Positions 58,125 through 64,000 of a DNA stretch of 64,000 nucleotides are shown here, in pieces. The position numbers and the translations under genes were made by a program. This DNA comes from Synergistaceae bacterium UBA1358 (lineage in GTDB: Bacteria; Synergistota; Synergistia; Synergistales; Synergistaceae), in NCBI GenBank assembly GCA_002306075.1, contig DBRW01000030.1, positions 8,109 through 72,108 of the forward strand, given 5' to 3'. The notes below the pieces were generated by a model. The model did not search any database, was not told the DNA's origin, and saw nothing but the letters and a program-made list of their open reading frames with translations. Every line of letters starts with the position of its first letter. The first letter of the stretch is position 1.

Positions 58125-59006
58125 ATGAGGATCAACAGTGAAGAGTTAAAGGGGGGGGTCCTTGTCGTCGCCGCAGGGATGTGCTGGGGAATGACGGGGA
58201 CGATACAGGCCTTTGCGCCTGAAAAGGCCACATCTCTCACCATCGGCTCCGCAAGGGTGTTCGGAGCCGGGCTGCTGCTGCTGATATGGATCCTCTTCCG
58301 CCGCAGGGATATACTCAAGCATAAAAAGTGGGACCGGACCGGTCTCTTTGTCGCAGCATTCGGGCTGACAGCATATCAGTTTGCCTTCTTTTCCGCTGTA
58401 AGGCTAACCGGCGTCGCGATCGGAACGATGGTGGCCATCGGATCGGCTCCTGTGCTTGCAGGATCACTGGGCAGGCTCTTTTTCAAAGAATGCCTCTCTT
58501 CCAGATGGTTTATATCCACCCTGTTGGCGGTCACCGGATGTTCCCTCCTTGTAGCTGCGGGAAACAGCGATTTCAGCTCCGTGAGCATCCCGGGCGCCCT
58601 GCTCGCCCTCGGAGCCGCATTATCCTACGCGCTCGAGGGCGCGGGACTCAGGCTGATCGGAACGAGGGACCCCGTCGAGACCGTCTCCCTCATCTCGATA
58701 TTAAGCGCCCTTATGGCGCTGCCATGGCTGATGATCGGAGACATATCGTGGATATTCAGCCTTCGCGGGATAGTCTGCGTGTTCTTCCTCTCAGTACTTA
58801 CAACGATACTGCCTTTCTCGCTTTTCGCAAAAGGCATAGGGAAGATCACACTGGGAAAAGCCTATACTCTCTCCCTTTCGGAACCAATGACCGCATGGAT
58901 GCTCTCCACCTTTCTTCTCGGGGAAAAGCTCTCCATTCTGGGATCTGCCGGAGTCCTCCTTCTTTTCAGCGGGATAATCGCTCTTGCCTGTGACAAAAAC
59001 AAATAA
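58125..59006 (+). CDS. EamA/DMT family transporter
   Basis: About 10 TM segments in two EamA repeats; WG.TGT, LSEP..A. Confidence 0.85.
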   Translation: MRINSEELKGGVLVVAAGMCWGMTGTIQAFAPEKATSLTIGSARVFGAGLLLLIWILFRRRDILKHKKWDRTGLFVAAFGLTAYQFAFFSAVRLTGVAIGTMVAIGSAPVLAGSLGRLFFKECLSSRWFISTLLAVTGCSLLVAAGNSDFSSVSIPGALLALGAALSYALEGAGLRLIGTRDPVETVSLISILSALMALPWLMIGDISWIFSLRGIVCVFFLSVLTTILPFSLFAKGIGKITLGKAYTLSLSEPMTAWMLSTFLLGEKLSILGSAGVLLLFSGIIALACDKNK

Positions 59007-59226
59007 ACGGACCTTATTTTTTAAACTTTCATATTATATGACCCTGTAGACACGATAAATTATATATATGTCAATATATAATTTCTTTGATTTCTTTTGA
59101 TATTTCAGAAAATCGCTTGACTTCTCTGACCTCTCGGTTATCATATTCGGTGCGCAAAGAGTCCCTGTTTGGGTGAATATTCAGAATTTTTTACCCTTAC
59201 AGTCCCCGAAACGCAAGGAGGTCATC

Positions 59227-60093
59227 ATGCGAAAGATATGGAAAATGCGGAAGATCTTTTTTCCGCAGGCCGCGGCGCTGCTGGCAGTACTCACTGTAGT
59301 GGCACTCTCTCCAAATGCGGGAGTATGCAGCGTCCAGGCTAACAAAATACTAAGCAACACCTCTGCTGAAGGAACGATCATCACCACGGTCTATGAAACA
59401 AAGGATGAAGAGGGAAAGCTCGTAGTAAGGACCACCTCTCCGGTAAAAAAGAAAGTGACCGACCATCCCCGTGCCGCCTCAGCCAAAGATCCCCGCTCCG
59501 AAATATTCCATGGAGAACTGGATACATCGGTCATAAGCGCTCTGAACAGAATGGGCCTTACGCGGGAACACATCGACAAATGGATCGACAGCCATCCGAA
59601 CTCAACTTTGAAAGAACTGGCAAAAATGAGCGCCGGCAAACAGCGCAAGGTCGCAAACATCGCTACCTTCATCAGGTCGATCAACAATAAGATATCTCCC
59701 ATGATAGCATGGAGAGAGGCATCGGCCCTTGTTTACTACAGCTCGAAATACAACGTACCGACCGACCTGTCGGTAGGCATAGCCAAGACGGAGAGCCGTT
59801 TTAACCCGAGTGCCGTGAGCAGCAAAGGAGCCATAGGAGTAATGCAGGTGATGTGGAAAGTGCACCACGGAATGCTCAGTGCGAAAGGGATAGCGACAAC
59901 GAGGGACCATATGTTCGACCCGGAACGCGGAGTAGAGGCAGGAGTCCTTCTTCTCTCACGCTACATCAACGCATACGGGACGGTCCAGAAGGCACTCAAT
60001 AGGTATTACGGAGGCATATCGGTATCTTACCTGAAAAAGGTCAACAACAATATGGCGATGCTCCAGCGCCATTCTGAAAAAACGGGGTTCTGA
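59227..60093 (+). CDS. Lytic transglycosylase (SLT domain) with signal peptide
   Basis: ESRFNP.AVS.KGA.G.MQVM, DPE..V.AG, AL.RYYG. Confidence 0.88.
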   Translation: MRKIWKMRKIFFPQAAALLAVLTVVALSPNAGVCSVQANKILSNTSAEGTIITTVYETKDEEGKLVVRTTSPVKKKVTDHPRAASAKDPRSEIFHGELDTSVISALNRMGLTREHIDKWIDSHPNSTLKELAKMSAGKQRKVANIATFIRSINNKISPMIAWREASALVYYSSKYNVPTDLSVGIAKTESRFNPSAVSSKGAIGVMQVMWKVHHGMLSAKGIATTRDHMFDPERGVEAGVLLLSRYINAYGTVQKALNRYYGGISVSYLKKVNNNMAMLQRHSEKTGF

Positions 60094-60121
60094 TACGGAT
60101 AATATCCAACTTTTAATGCGC

Positions 60122-60163
60122 AGACCGGAGGCCGTACCCAGCAGGTACGGCCTCCGGTCTTTT
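60122..60163. terminator. Terminator between the SLT gene and xth
   Basis: agaccggaggccgtacc-cagca-ggtacggcctccggtct followed by T-run. Confidence 0.8.
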
Positions 60164-60187
60164 GAGACAGTTCATTTCATCTAAAAT

Positions 60188-60991
60188 TTAGATCTCAAAG
60201 GAACCCACGACCGCGGTGTGGTCCGAGGGGCGCTCCATAGCTCTCAGCGATCTTTCGACCCAGACCTTTCTGCTTGCTTCGGCCATAAGCTGCGTTCCGA
60301 TTATGTGATCTATCCTCCAGCCTATATTCCGTGAAAGCGAATCCTTTATCCTGTAATCCCAGAAAGAGTATTCTCCCTCTCCCGGAAGGTGTTTCCTGAA
60401 GATGTCGACGAAGCCCCATGACATGACATCCGTAAATGCCTTTTTAACATCGCTGTGGAAACAGACGTGGTTCGTCTTGTTTTTTGGATTTGCCACATCA
60501 AGATCTGTCGGTGCCACGTTCAGGTCTCCTAGCCACAAAAGTTTGTCCTTCGGTGTAAATTTCCTTTCAAAAAGGCCCCTCACCCTTTGGAAAAATTTGA
60601 GCTTATAGGCGTAGTCCGGGTTGTCGATCTCTTTTCCCTGGGGGATATACGTGTTTAAGATATTCAGTTCCCCGAATCGTACAAGGACCACCCTGCACTG
60701 CTCCGATTCCTCCCTTTCAGGCTCCGCCTGGCCGTCGCCGAGGCCGAATGAAGCCTCATCGGGTTCGATCTTCGAGATCACCGCAACGCCGTTGTACGAT
60801 TTCATGCCCCTGAAAAGGCAGTAGTAACCAAGATTTTCAAAAAATTCCCTGGGAAATTCCTCGTCGCGGCATTTGGTTTCCTGGAGACAGAGGATATCGG
60901 GAGCCCTTTCCGAGGTGAGAAAACTTTCCAGGACAGGAAGACGTGTTTTTACAGAATTAACATTGAAAGTGCCTATTTTGACCAGAGACAT
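60188..60991 (-). CDS. xth: Exodeoxyribonuclease III
   Basis: TFNVNS, LCLQETK, YNGVA, GDLNVAP, GWRIDH, SDH. Confidence 0.93.
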   Translation of the reverse strand: MSLVKIGTFNVNSVKTRLPVLESFLTSERAPDILCLQETKCRDEEFPREFFENLGYYCLFRGMKSYNGVAVISKIEPDEASFGLGDGQAEPEREESEQCRVVLVRFGELNILNTYIPQGKEIDNPDYAYKLKFFQRVRGLFERKFTPKDKLLWLGDLNVAPTDLDVANPKNKTNHVCFHSDVKKAFTDVMSWGFVDIFRKHLPGEGEYSFWDYRIKDSLSRNIGWRIDHIIGTQLMAEASRKVWVERSLRAMERPSDHTAVVGSFEI

Positions 60992-61205
60992 TCCAAGACC
61001 TCCCTGCAAATTCTTATCAGATAACGATGTATTAAGTATACATGCAATTTGCAGAGCAGATATCGGACAGCAGGGATCCGGATCTGTTATTTCTGCTATT
61101 TTTTCTCCCCTATCCGCATAAGCCGCTGTCCAAAATGAGCCGTTTCACATCGTTTCCCTGCGCAGCACTTCAGTTTCATAGTTTGATCAAAAAATTCATA
61201 ATATA

Positions 61206-61234
61206 TTGCTTTTATATTCTATCGCTGTTAGAAT
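61206..61234 (+). promoter_or_regulatory. Sigma70 promoter with extended -10, upstream of the Cys leader and cysE
   Basis: TTGCTT-N17-TAGAAT with TGn; predicted +1 at about 61241-61242. Confidence 0.72.
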
Positions 61235-61241
61235 ATCTGCC

Positions 61242-61307
61242 ATGACGAAAAATACGGCTTCCCGCTTTACTGTATGTTGCTGTTGTATGGAAGGTTCCGG
61301 AGACTGA
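61242..61307 (+). CDS. Cys4 leader peptide MTKNTASRFTVCCCCMEGSGD (21 aa), probably leaderless
   Basis: TGT TGC TGT TGT at 61275-86; ATG 7 nt after the -10; no SD; upstream of a terminator and cysE. Confidence 0.8.
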   Translation: MTKNTASRFTVCCCCMEGSGD

Positions 61308-61377
61308 TCCGCGATGCCTCAGTCCGGCTGTTGCGGTCATAGGCCAAGCAGCAGGCGAAATAATTCTTCAAAAAAAC

Positions 61378-61408
61378 AAAAGACCTGCTGCGGCAGGTCT
61401 TTTTTATT
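61378..61408 (+). terminator. Attenuator terminator upstream of cysE
   Basis: agacctgc-tgcg-gcaggtct followed by T-run; 5' arm cctgctgc is complementary to gcagcagg (61348-55). Confidence 0.85.
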
Positions 61409-61450
61409 AGAGGAAGCATCGGACAAATTGATTTGAAAAGGGTGATCTGG

Positions 61451-62170
61451 ATGTCGGCTTGGGAATACATCAAAAGTGATTTTGAAGCAGCTATGCGCAA
61501 CGACCCTGCGATACCGAAGGGAATAAGGGGGATCCTTGAAGTCGTCTTCTGTACTCCGGGATTTCTTGCGATAACGTTCCACAGGTTGTTCCACTTCATG
61601 CATTCGACCCTCCATATTCCCGTGCTGCCGCGTTTCCTCTCACTGATAGTGAGATGGTGGACGGGGATAGAGATCCACCCCGGGGCAAAGATCGGGAAAG
61701 GTTTCTTTATCGACCACGGAGCGGGGGTAGTCATCGGGGAGACGGCAGAGGTCGGGGACAACGTGACCCTTTACCAGGGAGTGACGCTTGGCGGGACCGG
61801 AAATGAAAAAGGCGCAAAGAGACATCCCACACTCGAATCGAACGTCTTCGTGGGGAGCGGCGCAAAAATTTTAGGACCGATAACTATCGGGGCAAACTCC
61901 CGGATCGGCGCAAACAGCGCAGTGCTCAAAGATGTCCCCAAAAACGCGACGGTCACAGGAATGAGAGCCAGAATCATCAAGATCGACGGCAAAAGGGTGA
62001 GCGAATGCTCGGCCTGCATGAACCCGGAAGAACTATGGGCAAAACTTCTTAGGATGGAAGAAGAGATGGCTCTGCTGAAGAAGGAGATCAAACATCTGAA
62101 AGGGGAAAAGGAAAAACAACCCTCTCCTTCGCATGTGGAGGTCGAGATACTGCACAAAGGCAAAGAATGA
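61451..62170 (+). CDS. cysE: Serine O-acetyltransferase
   Basis: DPA, TGIEIHPGAKIG..FFIDHG.GVVIGET, GVTLGGTG, RHPT. Confidence 0.95.
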   Translation: MSAWEYIKSDFEAAMRNDPAIPKGIRGILEVVFCTPGFLAITFHRLFHFMHSTLHIPVLPRFLSLIVRWWTGIEIHPGAKIGKGFFIDHGAGVVIGETAEVGDNVTLYQGVTLGGTGNEKGAKRHPTLESNVFVGSGAKILGPITIGANSRIGANSAVLKDVPKNATVTGMRARIIKIDGKRVSECSACMNPEELWAKLLRMEEEMALLKKEIKHLKGEKEKQPSPSHVEVEILHKGKE

Positions 62171-62174
62171 ACGG

Positions 62175-63083
62175 TCAGTTATGTTCCGGATCCTTACCGG
62201 GGTCCGGGACACTTTTTTGGGAGAGATAGACCCCAAGCAGTATGAGCAGTCCGCCCGCCGCGGCAAACAGAGTGATCCTTTCGTGAAGGACGACGGCGGC
62301 AGAGAGCATGGCTATCGGAGGGGTAAGGTATATAAGGTTGTTTGCCTTTACGGCGCCAAGCTCCCATATGACCCTGTTCCAGAGAAGAAAGCAAAGCGCG
62401 GAAGCAAATACCCCTAGAAAGATAAGGTTCCCAAAAACCTCTTTTTCGAGAAGCACTCCGGGATCCCAACTGAAAAGGGGGGTAAAAAGCAGCGGGATAA
62501 GAGTCATGATCGAATAAAAAAAGGTCTTCCTCGTTATCACTGCCGCAGAATATACGGCTCTGTCCAGATCCCTGATAATTATCGAATAGAAGGCAAAAGA
62601 GAGCGCGGCCATTATTGCGAGCATGTCGCCGGCCGGATTGAGCTTAAGTACGAAATGGCCGTTGAAAACGATAAGAAAGACCCCTGCCAGCCCGAAGACA
62701 CACCCGTAGATAAAGTTGACTGTTATCCTCTCGCTTTTTGTCATAAAATGCGATACCAGGCCTGTCATCATCGGAGCGGTCGCGACAAGCAGAGATACGT
62801 TTGATGCGGTACTGAAGGAAAGGGCAAAATTTTCACATAGAAAATAGAGCGTAACACCGGTAAGGCCCGCAAAGGCAAATTTTGCCTCGTCGCGCAGGCT
62901 CAGAGGCCACATGATCCTGGGATTTGCCGCAAAGAAAAGGATATATGCTGTCACGTACCGGTAGAAAAGGATCTCCGTAGGTGACAGATGATCAAGAAGT
63001 ATTTTTGTCGAGACGAAAGTCACGCTCCATATAAAGATAACGATCAGGGCCAGAGAGTAACTCATTATTATATTTTTTCGCAT
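62175..63083 (-). CDS. EamA/DMT family transporter (start uncertain)
   Basis: IWS.TFVSTK, YFL.EN.AL, two EamA repeats. Confidence 0.85.
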   Translation of the reverse strand: MRKNIIMSYSLALIVIFIWSVTFVSTKILLDHLSPTEILFYRYVTAYILFFAANPRIMWPLSLRDEAKFAFAGLTGVTLYFLCENFALSFSTASNVSLLVATAPMMTGLVSHFMTKSERITVNFIYGCVFGLAGVFLIVFNGHFVLKLNPAGDMLAIMAALSFAFYSIIIRDLDRAVYSAAVITRKTFFYSIMTLIPLLFTPLFSWDPGVLLEKEVFGNLIFLGVFASALCFLLWNRVIWELGAVKANNLIYLTPPIAMLSAAVVLHERITLFAAAGGLLILLGVYLSQKSVPDPGKDPEHN

Positions 63084-63260
63084 AAGCCAGAAATCCCTTT
63101 TCCTATTAAAATACAGTGTGGGCATTGTTTTTCATCTAAACCGGACCGACAGTTGATATTGTATACCGTTTTGTATCCGGCGTCTTGATATTTTGCATTT
63201 TCATTATCAAATTGTTAGAATCAACAGGTCATGGGAGACATTCAAAACGGGGGCAGAGAG

Positions 63261-64000
63261 ATGGAAGATAAAAAACACCCGCTTGTAAAGATGAATAATA
63301 TCGATAAGATCTTCTACGGCTCGTACGCAAACAGAAATGTCGACTTCGAGCTCCTGAGCGGAGAGGTCCACAGCATCCTCGGCGAAAACGGTGCGGGAAA
63401 GACGACTCTGATGAACTGTCTCGCTGGCATCTACCTGCCTGACGCAGGGACCATTGAGATCGAGGGCCGTCAGGTGGTACTCACCAACCCGCGCCTGGCG
63501 ATAGAGAACGGCATAGGTATGGTCCACCAGCATTTTATGCTGGTACCGGTCTTCACTGTATGGGAGAACATGGTGCTCGGTCTGAAAGACGAACCTCTGA
63601 ACCTGAACAAGAACAGGATCATAGAAAAGATCCGAAAACTCTCAGATGAATACGGACTTAAAGTGGATCCGGAAGCCAAGGTGTGGCAGCTTTCCATCGG
63701 CGAACAGCAGCGGGTCGAAATACTTAAGATGCTTTACAGGGGAACAAAGGTCCTCATACTGGACGAACCCACCTCGGTCCTAACTCCCCAGGAGACGAGA
63801 GAGCTTTTCCGTACAGTCAAAAACATGGTCCGCAACGGCCATGGGATCGTCCTCATCTCACATAAGATCGAAGAGATAATGGAGGTATCGGACAGGCTCA
63901 CGATCCTCAGAAAAGGTACAAAGGTCGCGACAGTCCCCGCAAAAGGGATCTCAAAAGAGGAGATCGCAGAAATGATGGTGGGTCACCAGCTTGAAGGGAT
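63261..64000 (+). CDS. Sugar/nucleoside (CUT2) ABC transporter ATP-binding protein, 3'-truncated by window edge
   Basis: Manual translation: MEDKKHPLV..GEVHSILGENGAGKT..GMVHQHFML..LSIGEQQRVEILK..LDEPT. Confidence 0.88.
   Translation, partial: MEDKKHPLVKMNNIDKIFYGSYANRNVDFELLSGEVHSILGENGAGKTTLMNCLAGIYLPDAGTIEIEGRQVVLTNPRLAIENGIGMVHQHFMLVPVFTVWENMVLGLKDEPLNLNKNRIIEKIRKLSDEYGLKVDPEAKVWQLSIGEQQRVEILKMLYRGTKVLILDEPTSVLTPQETRELFRTVKNMVRNGHGIVLISHKIEEIMEVSDRLTILRKGTKVATVPAKGISKEEIAEMMVGHQLEG

Noticed and set aside
59150-59226. c-di-AMP (ydaO) riboswitch upstream of the lytic transglycosylase
   Set aside because: Only TTGGGTGAAT resembles the motif; the other conserved elements and the required length are missing.
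1-64000. CRISPR arrays, tRNA/rRNA, IS or prophage genes, selenocysteine read-through
   Set aside because: On manual reading I saw no regularly spaced repeats, cloverleafs, transposase or integrase motifs, or genes interrupted by in-frame TGA.

Overview
Chromosomal housekeeping and metabolic window from an anaerobic amino-acid-fermenting bacterium. The protein set suggests Synergistota/Synergistaceae, but this is inference. It carries glycine-betaine ABC genes, ogt-alkA, a fur-family/molybdopterin-binding/xdhC operon, a full ilvN-ilvC-leuACDB-ilvB-ilvD operon, modABC, an aconitase-icd-citDEF cluster, class II RNR with NrdR boxes, trkAH, an NSS transporter with a small MetS-like partner, tupA-tupB-tupA2-tupC, glmS, purA, rlmN, glyA, type III glnA, an ABC-F, xth and cysE. 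I saw no CRISPR, tRNA, rRNA or mobile element. The most interesting signals are intergenic and missing from the ORF track. (1) An apparently leaderless 21-codon Cys4 leader peptide with terminator and antiterminator lies upstream of cysE. (2) An Ile/Leu/Val leader-peptide attenuator precedes the ilv-leu operon. (3) A candidate Mo/W control circuit: a palindrome (GCAAC-N3-GTTGC type) shared by the Fur-family operon, modABC and tupABC, plus two P3-less Moco/Wco riboswitch-like RNAs, the first of which appears to gate a ~70-nt non-coding RNA with an anti-Shine-Dalgarno seed instead of a gene. All motif and structure calls were made by eye and need computational or experimental confirmation.
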